A stretch of 64,000 bases of DNA from positions 997 to 64,996 of the forward strand of contig JBFGJY010000003.1 of NCBI GenBank assembly GCA_041576975.1, written 5' to 3'. Shown piece by piece: positions 10,026 through 20,079 of the stretch. Within the stretch, counting starts at the first letter, position 1. Each line of letters begins with the position of its first letter. The translations under genes and the position numbers were made by a program. Below the pieces are notes generated by a model. It saw nothing but the letters and a program-made list of their open reading frames with translations, was not told the origin of the DNA and ran no database searches. This DNA comes from Gammaproteobacteria bacterium (lineage in GTDB: Bacteria; Pseudomonadota; Gammaproteobacteria; UBA4575).

Positions 10026-10694
10026 TTACTCAATTAAGTGCCCAGATTTTACAAAAATTAAACATCCTTCTCTTGTAAACGGCGTGTGACAGCTATTAGG
10101 TGGATTCCTCAGCCATGTGCCTTGTGGGTATTTGCCAAATTCATCTTCAAACGTGCCTTCTAAAACAAAGATTTCCTCACCGCCAATATGTGTGTGAGCT
10201 TGAAATAACGTATTGGCACTCCATTTTACTAAAGCTACATGTTCACCGTTGTATTCATGCAGTGGCATCACTGTAAGACCTTCTACTAAACCTGGAAGCC
10301 ACGGTTGCTTGCGTGTTTGTATATTTATTTGTTGTGTGTCGTTAGCTTGAAACTGCTGTAGTTTTACAAAGATAGTGCAACCCTCTTGGCTATATGGTGC
10401 ATGCTTAGAGCCAGCTGGATTACGTAAATAACAGCCTGCATGATAGTGGCCATAGTTGTCAGAAAATGTGCCTGCTAGCACAAATATCTCTTCGCCATTG
10501 ACATGCCTGTGTGGCGAAAAAGTACTACCAGGTAAATATCGCACGACCGTTGTAACGGGTTCGGAATCACCTTTTAATCGTTCTAGCCGCCGCCGCAATA
10601 TGCCATCTGCTTCGGATGTTTCCCAATCCATATTTTCGGTTTCAATTACAACGCGTTGACTGCGATCTGCATTGAGTTCTTGTATGGCTTCCAT
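10026..10694 (-). CDS. bicupin (two tandem cupin domains) protein
   Basis: 222 aa with duplicated H-x-H…GEEIFVL(A/E)GTF(S/E)D cupin metal-site motifs: HRHVNGEEIFVLAGTFSD and HTHIGGEEIFVLEGTFEDEFG. Confidence 0.7.
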   Translation of the reverse strand: MEAIQELNADRSQRVVIETENMDWETSEADGILRRRLERLKGDSEPVTTVVRYLPGSTFSPHRHVNGEEIFVLAGTFSDNYGHYHAGCYLRNPAGSKHAPYSQEGCTIFVKLQQFQANDTQQINIQTRKQPWLPGLVEGLTVMPLHEYNGEHVALVKWSANTLFQAHTHIGGEEIFVLEGTFEDEFGKYPQGTWLRNPPNSCHTPFTREGCLIFVKSGHLIE

Positions 10695-10798
10695 AATTTA
10701 GATATATATGATTTTGCTTCATAAATTATGAGTTTTACACATTCAAATTGACTGCCTGAATTAAATTGCAAGCTTCTTCCTATAAAATATTATTACTC

Positions 10799-11257
10799 AT
10801 GCTCTTATCAATAGCAGCGATTTTATTTGCAGTAGGTTTAAGCGCGCCTATTATTACCTTTAAAAAATTTATCTTTATACAAAATACATTTTCCATTCTT
10901 TCGGGCACGTGGAACCTATTAAAAGAAGGTCAGCTATTTTTATTCGTGATCATCACTTTGTTTAGCATCATATTACCAATATTTAAACTTGGTTTACTAA
11001 CTAAGCTTGTATATAGCTCGTCATCGGTAAGTTCTGTTACAAATAAAACGCTTGCCCTTGTACACAATATTGGAAGGTGGTCCATGCTGGATGTTTTTGT
11101 GGTAGCGATACTTGTAGTCGTAGTAAAACTCGGAGCTATTGCCGATGTAGAAAAACACATTGGCTTATATGCGTATGCTGCATCGGCCCTTTTAATCATG
11201 TTTATTACAAGCAAGGTCGTTAAAATGCAAAATGCCGATTTGGTGCAGGATAGGTAA
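10799..11257 (+). CDS. PqiA-family (paraquat-inducible protein A-like) integral membrane protein, single-domain
   Basis: …GRWSMLDVFVVAILVVVVKLG… matches the conserved PqiA motif. The ORF track starts at TTG 10766, but the internal ATG at 10799 is the more likely start. Confidence 0.5.
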   Translation: MLLSIAAILFAVGLSAPIITFKKFIFIQNTFSILSGTWNLLKEGQLFLFVIITLFSIILPIFKLGLLTKLVYSSSSVSSVTNKTLALVHNIGRWSMLDVFVVAILVVVVKLGAIADVEKHIGLYAYAASALLIMFITSKVVKMQNADLVQDR

Positions 11258-11535
11258 GTTAACAATTGTGCAGAAACCAGGCGTGCATTTACACTTAGGT
11301 AACAAGATGGTTAAAAGCACTTAGTGCAGCTCGAGCACTTTCCCCCTGCTTCAACGACAATCTGGTTTTCTCGATTATAAGTAACATCACCAGCTGCAAA
11401 AATACCTTGCGCCCAGGTATCGCCTTTTCGATCAACTTTTATTTGTTATCGTTCGATCGCATCGACTATATCGATCATAAAATCTGAAATTGGATATAAG
11501 AGCATTGCAAACTAGTTACCTGCATTGCATGTATC

Positions 11536-12354
11536 TTAATTGTTTTTAAAAGTTTTTCTAAATGGTTGCAACAACAAGCGGTCTAACCAAAGATCACGTT
11601 TAGTTCTAAAATATTCAATGCCTATCGTCATATCTAGATGGCCAGCTTGTGGTTGAACACGATAGGTTTTAAACAGGTAATCCCACCAAGGGAGATTAAA
11701 ACCAAAATTACTACTGGTCTCAGCAGGAATTGCAGAGTGATGTACGCGATGCATATCTGGGGTTACTAAGAAATAACGCAACACCTGATCAACTCTTTTG
11801 GGAATATAAATATTTGAGTGATTGAACAAAGAAGTTGCGTTCAATAAAATTTCAAAAATAATGACTGCGGCAATAGGTGTGCCCAGCATGAGCACAACAG
11901 CTATCTTTATAATTGTTGACAATATTATTTCAATTGGGTGAAACCGAGCCCCTGTCGTAACGTCAAAATCAAGGTCTGCATGGTGTATGCGATGTATTCG
12001 CCATAAATAGTTAACATGATGAAAAACTAGGTGTTGAAGATACAAAGCAAGATCCATCACTACTACAGCGATGGTAATTAACTGCCACATTGGCAAATTT
12101 ACATGGTTTAGGATCCCTAAATTTTGTTGTTGCGCTATTGCTGCCATGGCTACCGCTGCGAATGGAATAGCTAACCTTGTAATTAAAGTGTTTAACAAAG
12201 TGATACTAAGGTTATTTACCCACCGAACACTCTTCGAATATTGCGGGACTCGACGAGGCGCGGCCAGCTCCCATACTGCGAAAACTGCAAATACAAAGAT
12301 AAAGCTAGCTAGACGAACTAGCGCTTCTTGCTCATATAGTAAATCAAACTGCAT
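11536..12354 (-). CDS. fatty-acid hydroxylase / sterol-desaturase-family membrane protein
   Basis: Histidine-box motifs HHVNYLWRIHRIHH and HRVHHS, with multiple TM segments. Confidence 0.75.
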   Translation of the reverse strand: MQFDLLYEQEALVRLASFIFVFAVFAVWELAAPRRVPQYSKSVRWVNNLSITLLNTLITRLAIPFAAVAMAAIAQQQNLGILNHVNLPMWQLITIAVVVMDLALYLQHLVFHHVNYLWRIHRIHHADLDFDVTTGARFHPIEIILSTIIKIAVVLMLGTPIAAVIIFEILLNATSLFNHSNIYIPKRVDQVLRYFLVTPDMHRVHHSAIPAETSSNFGFNLPWWDYLFKTYRVQPQAGHLDMTIGIEYFRTKRDLWLDRLLLQPFRKTFKNN

Positions 12355-12946
12355 TAAACCCTTCTAGTAACAACTGGTGGTGTTGTCAATAAGAAACCTA
12401 TAAAAATAAGATTTTAAATATAAAAATTGGAATGATATTGAAAATCAAAGCTGTTAATTTTGGATATCACACACAATAGATTGGTAATTTGATAAACCAA
12501 TAAACGTAGATCGTAGGTGAAGCTTGGAAGGCACTTGCAGCACAAGAAATCTTTAAAGGGTGCCGTCCTTGGCGTGGGGACTTCCTTATACTTAATATGA
12601 CATGCTTTGCATGAATAAGTTCTACTATAAGACTTATACATGTAGACCGACTTCACATTTTTGAATCCTTATTTAACGGCCTGTCTGAGGCAGAAATTTG
12701 AATTAATTGTGCAATGTTATAGTTGCTATTTGTTATTGAAAACAAGTGCAACATGGTGAAGAGATTACGAAAATTAAGGTTATATTAAGCTTATAATTTG
12801 CACAGGAACTAAGTAAAACTAACTTATGTCATAGAGTTACAACATGATTTTCACTCGCTATCTCTATTGCAGTATAGTGTTGTCAAAAGTATCCTAATAC
12901 ATCTTTGGGGATTAGATGCCAAACTAGTAATTAATATAGAAATGCA

Positions 12947-13759
12947 ATGTATCAGCTACTTTTAATCTTGTTAATTTGTGCACTAATTAGTGCGTGCAGC
13001 AGTTCCTCATCTGGAGGGATGCCTAAAATTCCTAGTACTGAATCTAGCTCATCATCCTCTAGCGAATCGGAAAGTTCATCTGAATCATCAAACGAGCAAA
13101 CTCAAGCCAGCCAAGAAAGTGAGTCCTCTGAATCATCAAGCGAGCAAACTCAAGCCAGCCAAGAAAGTGAGTCCTCGGCACAAGAAAAGGATTCCTTGAG
13201 TAAAGAGCAGCAAGGGGGCGCGCCTGCGAACGCTCAAACTGAGGAAGAAATGGTAGCGGTATTAGATAAAAAGCTCGAGGAAGAACTACAAAAATATGAT
13301 GAACAACTGCATGGTGAACTTGAAAAGGCTGAAGCCGAAAAACAAGCTCAAGCGGCACAGCGTGAGGCGATGCAGCAACAAGGTGATTTAGATTCAGAAG
13401 AAGATGCAGAGGAAGGCGACCTTGAAGGAGGGCAAGAATCAGCGGGAGAACAGGAACCAGCGGGAGAAGATGAACAACTAGCTAAAGCGGACGCACAACA
13501 AACTCAATCAAGTGCTGGTGCACAAAATGAAGAGGGTGATAATAAATCGAGTTCCGGCAATCAGCGTAAAGGCTCTCGCGGTGCTGCGCCAGACGATATC
13601 CCCAGTGGTGATGATGACGATGTAGTTGCAAGACAGCTTCGGGAAGCCGCCGAAAAAGAACAAGACCCTGAACTTCGTAAAAAGCTTTGGGAAGAATATC
13701 GAAAATATAAAAAACAACAAGCAAGTGCTGAAACTACAAACCCAAGTATACAACAATGA
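12947..13759 (+). CDS. acidic low-complexity (S/E/Q-rich) lipoprotein
   Basis: The lipobox is LISAC↓SSS, with ~60% S/E/Q/A/D, an internal tandem repeat and a coiled-coil-like EELQKYDEQLHGELEKAEAEKQ. Its stop overlaps the start of the next gene (ATGA). Confidence 0.65.
   Translation: MYQLLLILLICALISACSSSSSGGMPKIPSTESSSSSSSESESSSESSNEQTQASQESESSESSSEQTQASQESESSAQEKDSLSKEQQGGAPANAQTEEEMVAVLDKKLEEELQKYDEQLHGELEKAEAEKQAQAAQREAMQQQGDLDSEEDAEEGDLEGGQESAGEQEPAGEDEQLAKADAQQTQSSAGAQNEEGDNKSSSGNQRKGSRGAAPDDIPSGDDDDVVARQLREAAEKEQDPELRKKLWEEYRKYKKQQASAETTNPSIQQ
13079..13174 (+). repeat. 48-bp perfect-frame tandem duplication (2 copies, 1 mismatch) inside the acidic lipoprotein gene
   Basis: tctgaatcatcaa(a/g)cgagcaaactcaagccagccaagaaagtgagtcc occurs twice and encodes SESS(N/S)EQTQASQESES. 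Confidence 0.85.
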
Positions 13760-14943
13760 ATATCTATAAGAACTATTTTCCCTATTTATTAATTATTATC
13801 TTGATCATCAGCTTTCAGTTTATTGGATGCGCAACTACTACAGTTAAAGTAAATGATGAAGAGGAAATAGAATCCGAAACTACACAGCTTCAAGATAGCA
13901 AGTTATTGGATGTTGGGATTTTAATATTTGAGAAAGGTGAAGTCACCGAGAAACAACAAGAAAAAGAGGGCGTGCATGAAGATATTCGTAAAGCCGAATC
14001 ACGCTATATAGCCTTCCATCTAAAAGAAACCATGCAGCGCGCAAATGGCTGGGGCGCAATTCGCGTGTTGCCTACAAAATCACATATTGCTGACGTCATC
14101 GTGCAAGGCACTATCATTACTTCGAATGGAGAGAAATTGGTTTTGCAAATCCAGGTTGATGATAGTACTGGTCAATTATGGTTCGAAAAAACCTATAAAG
14201 CCTCTGCAGATGAAGAATCGTATAGATCTGTCAGACCAGGAAGAGAGGTTTACCAATATGTCTACAATCGAATTGCAAACGACATTTATAGGCATCGCAA
14301 AAAGTTAACCGATAAAGAAAGCATTACGATTCGCAATACCTCAGAACTACGCTATGCATCAGATATCTCGCCGGACCCATTTTCAAATTACATTACATCT
14401 GATCCGAATGGCCAAAGTACTATTACGCGATTACCTGCTGATGATGACCCAATGCTGGGACGCGTGCGGAAAGTCAGAGAACGTGAATTCTTATTCATCG
14501 ATACTATTAATGAGCACTACTCTAATTTTTACGATCAAATGTGGGATCCATATGAAAATTGGCGTAAATATTACTTAATTGAAGCTGAGCAAAGACGTAC
14601 GGTGGAACGTCGTGCAAATCAAACTAAATTTGTTGCGGCTTTGATAATGGTTGCCGGATTATTTAGAGGTCCTGGCTTATTTACCACGGGCGCGCTTTTA
14701 TTTAAATCTGGCATGGATATTAGCGATGAAGCAGAAATTCATAATGAAGCCATTCGCGAGCTTGGAGATTCACTGCAAGCCGAGGTTAGTCCTATGGTTG
14801 TTGAAATTCAAGGTCGTACGGTTGAACTTACAGGGTCCATCGAAGAGCAGTACCAAAAATGGCGCGAGCTATTACGTGAAATTTATTTGAATGAGACAGG
14901 CTTCGCCTTCGAAGATAGCACAATAGACAACGCCCAGCTTTAA
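13756..14943 (+). CDS. hypothetical lipoprotein (395 aa)
   Basis: Signal peptide plus lipobox …SFQFIGC↓ATTT. Translationally coupled to the upstream gene. No family recognised. Confidence 0.6.
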   Translation: MNIYKNYFPYLLIIILIISFQFIGCATTTVKVNDEEEIESETTQLQDSKLLDVGILIFEKGEVTEKQQEKEGVHEDIRKAESRYIAFHLKETMQRANGWGAIRVLPTKSHIADVIVQGTIITSNGEKLVLQIQVDDSTGQLWFEKTYKASADEESYRSVRPGREVYQYVYNRIANDIYRHRKKLTDKESITIRNTSELRYASDISPDPFSNYITSDPNGQSTITRLPADDDPMLGRVRKVREREFLFIDTINEHYSNFYDQMWDPYENWRKYYLIEAEQRRTVERRANQTKFVAALIMVAGLFRGPGLFTTGALLFKSGMDISDEAEIHNEAIRELGDSLQAEVSPMVVEIQGRTVELTGSIEEQYQKWRELLREIYLNETGFAFEDSTIDNAQL

Positions 14944-15028
14944 ATAGCCAAGCAATTCGCATGCACATAGTATGCAAGCACTATTGCACCAAATTTAATT
15001 AATAACATAGCTTAGTTTTTTTCATGCT

Positions 15029-16570
15029 ATGCATAAAAATGATTCTACTCCAATTAAAGCGATCGATTTTAAATCGCTGCAAGAAAAAACTGGTATTGAT
15101 TCTGAATTCGAACAAACATTAGTAACGAAAAAATTAATAGTTTGGCTTGTTTTTTTATTTATTTTTGCAAGCGGCATTGGTGTATTTTTATTTCTACCAA
15201 ACTACGTTGCAGAAAAACAGGCGCCTCCACCAATTTCTACCGAAATTCAAAGTCAGCCACCTCAGCCAGTTAAGATTCCTGAGCCAGTTAAAATTCCTGA
15301 ACCAGCTGTACAAGAAACACCAAACATATCTGCAGAGGAACTTAATGCACTTAAATTGCAAGCTGAAAATTTGCTACTGCAAGTAATAAAAAAACAAGAG
15401 GCACTAGAATCACAAGGTGTTAAAAAATGGGCGAATGACGAATTTTTACAAGCTGTATCCTTAGGGGCTACAGGTGATGAGCATTTTCGCAAACAGCATT
15501 TTAATGAGGCTATTAATGCCTACGAGCAAGCTATCGATGCATTACAGCATTTAGAAGAACTAATTGCTCCCACGCTTGCTAAACACTTACAACAAGGAGA
15601 GCTTGCCTTGACTCAAGGCGAGAGCGATGCAGCTGTTTATAACTTCGAACTTGCTAAAGAGATCGATGCACATAACATACAAGCACAAAATGGCTTAAAA
15701 CGTGCTGAAACCATTGAAGAATTATTTACATTACTGGAAAAAGGCGGCAACTTAGAAGCTGCAAACCGTCTTGCTGATGCTAAACAATCCTATCAGCAAG
15801 CAATTAGTTTAGATCCACTATCAAGCGAAGCCAAAGCTGCAATGAACAGGGTTATAGCTCGTTTAAAAAAAATTGAACTTTCACGCTTATTAGCGCGTGG
15901 CTATTCTTCATTAGAAGCAAGACAATATGGAGATGCACGCAGTGCGTTTATATCAGCTCAAAAATTAGCGCCAAGTTCTAAAAAACCAAAACAGGGTTTA
16001 ATTAAAGTAGAACAAGCAGTACGCAATGAGAAAATCTCTTCTTTAACTGTTGAGGCTAATCATTTTGAAAGCAACGAAGAATGGGCATATGCTGTACAAA
16101 GCTACCAACAAATACTTGCATTATCACCCAATGCAACATTTGCTATTGATGGCATCACGCGTAGTCAACAACGAGCATCACTACTCTCAAGGCTTGATAA
16201 TTATTTAGACAATAAAGAGCGTTTAACCTCTTCTGCAGTTTCAACAGAAGTACGTGATTTATTACAAGAAATTGCACAGCTAGAAAACCCAGGGACTAAA
16301 ATTGACCAACGAGCAAATGCATTAGAAAAGTTATTGCAACTCACGAATCAGCCGATATCCATAAATCTGCAATCCGACAATCAAACTGAAGTGGTCATCT
16401 ATAAAGTTGGTAAATTTGGTCGCTTTGAAAATCAGAAAATAGAACTCAAACCAGGTAAATACACGATTGTGGGCTCACGACCAGGTTATCGTGATGTTAG
16501 AAAAATTCTCACGATTTCTGCAAATATGACAACTAAAAACATTATGGTTCGTTGTGAGGAACCAATATAA
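15029..16570 (+). CDS. membrane-anchored TPR-like repeat protein with PEPVKIPEPVKIPEP linker and a PEGA-like C-terminus
   Basis: N-terminal TM (LIVWLVFLFIFASGIGVFLFL), a Pro-rich tandem hexapeptide, alpha-helical repeat content, and a C-terminal KPGKYTIVGSRPGYRDVRKIL resembling a PEGA domain. Confidence 0.6.
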   Translation: MHKNDSTPIKAIDFKSLQEKTGIDSEFEQTLVTKKLIVWLVFLFIFASGIGVFLFLPNYVAEKQAPPPISTEIQSQPPQPVKIPEPVKIPEPAVQETPNISAEELNALKLQAENLLLQVIKKQEALESQGVKKWANDEFLQAVSLGATGDEHFRKQHFNEAINAYEQAIDALQHLEELIAPTLAKHLQQGELALTQGESDAAVYNFELAKEIDAHNIQAQNGLKRAETIEELFTLLEKGGNLEAANRLADAKQSYQQAISLDPLSSEAKAAMNRVIARLKKIELSRLLARGYSSLEARQYGDARSAFISAQKLAPSSKKPKQGLIKVEQAVRNEKISSLTVEANHFESNEEWAYAVQSYQQILALSPNATFAIDGITRSQQRASLLSRLDNYLDNKERLTSSAVSTEVRDLLQEIAQLENPGTKIDQRANALEKLLQLTNQPISINLQSDNQTEVVIYKVGKFGRFENQKIELKPGKYTIVGSRPGYRDVRKILTISANMTTKNIMVRCEEPI

Positions 16571-16617
16571 TTTCCATTAGACCTATTATAAATGACAAGT
16601 AACGCGCGACGTATAAG

Positions 16618-19023
16618 ATGATAAAACAGGTTTGTATCACCGATGCGGGAGGTCCAAGATTTTATACACACGCAGACTTCCCTTTAGCGATTGGCTCTCA
16701 TCCAGGAGCGGACATACACATTACAAGTGACAATCTAGTAACGACTACAGCATTTTTAATTATTATTGTAAACCGCACATATATCGAACTTGAAGATAAA
16801 ACTGCAAAGATAACAATTAATAATGAGCAGGTTGTAGGACAACAAGAGATTCAACACAATGACATATTACAGATTGAAGGCTCAACATTTCATTGCGAAC
16901 ATATCGGCGATACTTTTTCTATCTCTTTATATGATGATCAAGCGCATTTGGTTACAAATAATCATGACACTGCCTCTCATGGCGAATTGATCGAACCCAT
17001 ATCTTTATCAAGTACTGCTACCGCTGCACAAACCAATAAAAAGATTACTCGCCTACTATCAATTTTAGGCTTACTAGTATTCGCCATATTAGCTTTAGTC
17101 ATCGCATATGTTTTTACTGCTAAAACGTTGCTCATAGAGGTTGAACCAACACCTGATGGCATTGCATTGAGCGGAAAAATATGGCCTTTTAAAGTAAAGG
17201 GACGCTATCTAGTGCAGCCAGGGAATTATTTATTAGAAGTAATTAAATCTGGTTACTATCCGATACAGAAAGAAATTAAAGTCTCTAAATTTCAGTCACA
17301 ATCATTATCGTTTACATTGCAAAAAAAGCCGGGCTATCTAAACATATCGAGTGTACCTAAAAACGGTGTTCAAATTTTAATTAACGATAAAGAACATGGC
17401 GTTACGCCCATAGAAAAACTCGAACTAGCTGCTGGCACATACTCGTTACAAGCGTATGCAAAACGTTATCAGCCATACTCAACCCAATTAGTAATTGAAG
17501 GTAAAGAGCAAAGTCAAAATATAAATATTGAATTACTACCAAACTGGGCTGAAGTTTCCATTAATTCTAAACCAGCTGACGCTGAAGTTTGGTTGAATGG
17601 AATTAATAAAGGGGTAACTCCTTTAACTCTAGACTTGCTAGCGGGTAATTACAATGTTGAATTACGTCATACGGACTACCTGCCTTATACAAAAGAATTT
17701 TTAGTTATTGCCAATGAGCCTTTAACCCTTCCTCTAGTAGAATTGTTTAGAAATCCAAGCCATTTAGTTATTACCAGCATGCCTTCAAAGGCAATAGTTT
17801 CTATTGCAGGTATAGAACAAGGGATTACTCCTTTAACTGTGCAACTCAATCCAAATATTGAACATGTACTAACACTTACCAAACCAGGATATAGGGCAAC
17901 CCAACAAACGGTTACATTAAAACCAGGTGAACAACAAACCTTATCAGCAAAGCTTGAAGCCATTCTTGGTACCGTGATGCTGAATGTTGATCCGCAGGAT
18001 TCAGAAGTGTTTATCAACGGAAAATTTGTAGGTAGCGGTACTTTAAAATTATCTCTCCCAAGTAATACTCAAAGATTAGAAATCAGAAAATCTGGTTTTG
18101 AGGTATATGAAAAGATGATTACGCCCATTGCTGATTCTCCGCAGGTTATTAATGTGATACTAAATCGAATCACTAGCGCGACGAATATAGATAAACCTAG
18201 TTTAATACGAACTAGCCAAGGTCAAGAATTAAAATTAATATTTGGTGGAAAATTTTCCATGGGTGCCTCGCGCCGAGAACAAGGCCGGCGTTCTAACGAA
18301 ACACTGCATACTGTTGAATTACAACGACCCTTTTATATCGGTACAACAGAAGTTACAAATGCACAATTCGCAATATTTAGAGCTACCCATAGCTCAGGAA
18401 CATATAAGCGCAATGATTTATCTGGGCCTAATCTACCCGTAGCCAATGTGAATTGGGAAGACGCTGCGCGTTATTGTAATTGGCTTAGCGAAAAAGATGG
18501 CTTAGAAAAGGTGTACCAAGAACAGAATGGCGAACTGAAAGCGGTGCATCCTGTTCCTTCTGGTTATCGTTTACCAACCGAAAGTGAATGGGAATGGGTA
18601 GCACGCATGCAAAGTAACGGCAATACTCAAAGATATGGCTGGGGCAACACCTTTCCCCCTATACAAGTAACGGGCAATTATGCCGATAAGTCCGCATCAG
18701 GTATTCTCGATATCGTAATCGATGGTTATGATGACGGTTTTGCTACTGCTGCACCAATTGGCAGTTATAGAGCTAACTATTTCGGAATTTTTGATCTGGG
18801 TGGGAATGTGGCGGAATGGTGTCACGATTATCACAGTATCTACCCTAGTTTAAGTGATGAGGTCTTCATTGACCCTGTAGGCCCTGCTTCTGGTAGTAAC
18901 CACGTAATTCGTGGTGCATCTTGGAAGCGTGGTGATATCAGTAGCACGCGTCTCAGTTACCGTGACCGAGATGACAAAAAACGCATTGATGTTGGCTTCC
19001 GCATTGCTAAGTACATAGACTAG
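16618..19023 (+). CDS. multidomain membrane protein: degenerate FHA / TM / ~5 PEGA repeats / C-terminal FGE-sulfatase (SUMF1/EgtB-type) domain
   Basis: The N-terminus …LAIGSHPGADIHITSDN…LEDKTAKITINNEQV is FHA-like. A TM helix lies around residues 140-165. PEGA repeats include ISSVPKNGVQILINDKEHGVTPIEKLELAAGTYSLQAYAKRYQPY. C-terminal motifs GNVAEWCHDYH and VIRGASWKRGD are typical of the FGE-sulfatase domain. Confidence 0.75.
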   Translation: MIKQVCITDAGGPRFYTHADFPLAIGSHPGADIHITSDNLVTTTAFLIIIVNRTYIELEDKTAKITINNEQVVGQQEIQHNDILQIEGSTFHCEHIGDTFSISLYDDQAHLVTNNHDTASHGELIEPISLSSTATAAQTNKKITRLLSILGLLVFAILALVIAYVFTAKTLLIEVEPTPDGIALSGKIWPFKVKGRYLVQPGNYLLEVIKSGYYPIQKEIKVSKFQSQSLSFTLQKKPGYLNISSVPKNGVQILINDKEHGVTPIEKLELAAGTYSLQAYAKRYQPYSTQLVIEGKEQSQNINIELLPNWAEVSINSKPADAEVWLNGINKGVTPLTLDLLAGNYNVELRHTDYLPYTKEFLVIANEPLTLPLVELFRNPSHLVITSMPSKAIVSIAGIEQGITPLTVQLNPNIEHVLTLTKPGYRATQQTVTLKPGEQQTLSAKLEAILGTVMLNVDPQDSEVFINGKFVGSGTLKLSLPSNTQRLEIRKSGFEVYEKMITPIADSPQVINVILNRITSATNIDKPSLIRTSQGQELKLIFGGKFSMGASRREQGRRSNETLHTVELQRPFYIGTTEVTNAQFAIFRATHSSGTYKRNDLSGPNLPVANVNWEDAARYCNWLSEKDGLEKVYQEQNGELKAVHPVPSGYRLPTESEWEWVARMQSNGNTQRYGWGNTFPPIQVTGNYADKSASGILDIVIDGYDDGFATAAPIGSYRANYFGIFDLGGNVAEWCHDYHSIYPSLSDEVFIDPVGPASGSNHVIRGASWKRGDISSTRLSYRDRDDKKRIDVGFRIAKYID

Positions 19024-19029
19024 AGAGCT

Positions 19030-19272
19030 ATGAAATATCGAAATTTACTGCTGTGGTTATTATTAGTGGTTACACCAAGTGTTTATCTTACTTTTGTAAA
19101 TGCTGATGAAGACATAGTTGAAGATAAAGAAAAAGCTGAGCAACAAAAAAACACCCCATCCACTCCTAAAGTTAGCTCAGGCAAACGTGGCGAAATTAAA
19201 ACCTTAGAAGAATTTATTCCTAGCGAAGAAGTTTCCGCTGACAAACCAGTCGCTTTTCCTATAGATATTTAG
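19030..19272 (+). CDS. small secreted protein (80 aa) with signal peptide
   Basis: MKYRNLLLWLLLVVTPSVYLTFVNA↓DED…. Tightly packed between the flanking genes, 6 nt away on each side. Confidence 0.5.
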   Translation: MKYRNLLLWLLLVVTPSVYLTFVNADEDIVEDKEKAEQQKNTPSTPKVSSGKRGEIKTLEEFIPSEEVSADKPVAFPIDI

Positions 19273-19278
19273 TTAATA

Positions 19279-20076
19279 ATGAAAAAACATTTCCCCTATG
19301 AATTTATTTATCAAGTATTTACCTTGCTAATCATAATAATAATCGTGCATGCAGCTTATGTTGCGGTAATTCGTCCTAATGCAGAAGCTGAGCTAGAACA
19401 ACAAGCTGTGCAAATTAATATTGACAAAAATTACGTACCAAAACGATCCGTATATGTATTGATTCGTGACTATGAGCAAGAAGCATGCTTCATATTAATG
19501 TTTTGGGCCTTGTTTATTATGACGTATAAAGCTACAAATCTATTTCGTGAACGCAGCTTGTTAGAAAAAGATATTCTACACGCTAAAGAAGGGATAAAAT
19601 TTTTACCAGAAGATGCGCACGAGCTTTCTAGACAAATTCAATCTTTACCTACAGAGGAACATAATTATCTTTTGCCGCGTGCATTACAAGTTGCATTGCA
19701 TCGCTTTAGTTCAACAAGAAACATTCAAGACGTTTCATCTGCAACCAATATTGTTTGTGAATCAGAGTCTGAACGACTTGATTCTGAGTTGTCAATTATT
19801 CGATACATTACATGGGCTATTCCTTCTATTGGTTTCTTGGGAACGGTGCGTGGTATTGGTGATGCATTAGGGCAGGCACACAAAGCTGTAGAGGGGGATA
19901 TTGCAGGTGTAACCGAAAGTCTAGGAGTAGCCTTTAATTCTACATTGATTGCATTATGCATTAGTATTGTCTTGATGTTTATTGTGCATCAGATACAACT
20001 TCTACAAGAAAGATTTATTTTAGATACACAAAATTACTGCAACAACAATTTAATACGCCACTTACAAGTCCCGTAA
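19279..20076 (+). CDS. MotA/TolQ/ExbB-family proton-channel protein
   Basis: Signature region AIPSIGFLGTVRGIGDALGQ…IAGVTESLGVAFNSTLIALCISIVLMF. Compare ExbB/TolQ GLLGTVxGI…IAxGIAEALITTAxGL. Confidence 0.75.
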   Translation: MKKHFPYEFIYQVFTLLIIIIIVHAAYVAVIRPNAEAELEQQAVQINIDKNYVPKRSVYVLIRDYEQEACFILMFWALFIMTYKATNLFRERSLLEKDILHAKEGIKFLPEDAHELSRQIQSLPTEEHNYLLPRALQVALHRFSSTRNIQDVSSATNIVCESESERLDSELSIIRYITWAIPSIGFLGTVRGIGDALGQAHKAVEGDIAGVTESLGVAFNSTLIALCISIVLMFIVHQIQLLQERFILDTQNYCNNNLIRHLQVP

Positions 20077-20079
20077 AGG

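Noticed and set aside
12414-12656. 80-aa minus-strand ORF in the intergenic region upstream of the acidic lipoprotein gene.
   Set aside because: No Shine-Dalgarno and odd composition (Cys/Tyr-rich). It lies in an AT-rich promoter region and is probably spurious.
12990-13756. Alternative-frame ORFs (12990..13199, 13059..13358, 13482..13724, 13508..13756) across the S/E-rich lipoprotein gene.
   Set aside because: Low-complexity repeat DNA yields open frames on several frames. Only the frame with the lipoprotein signal peptide and lipobox is credible.
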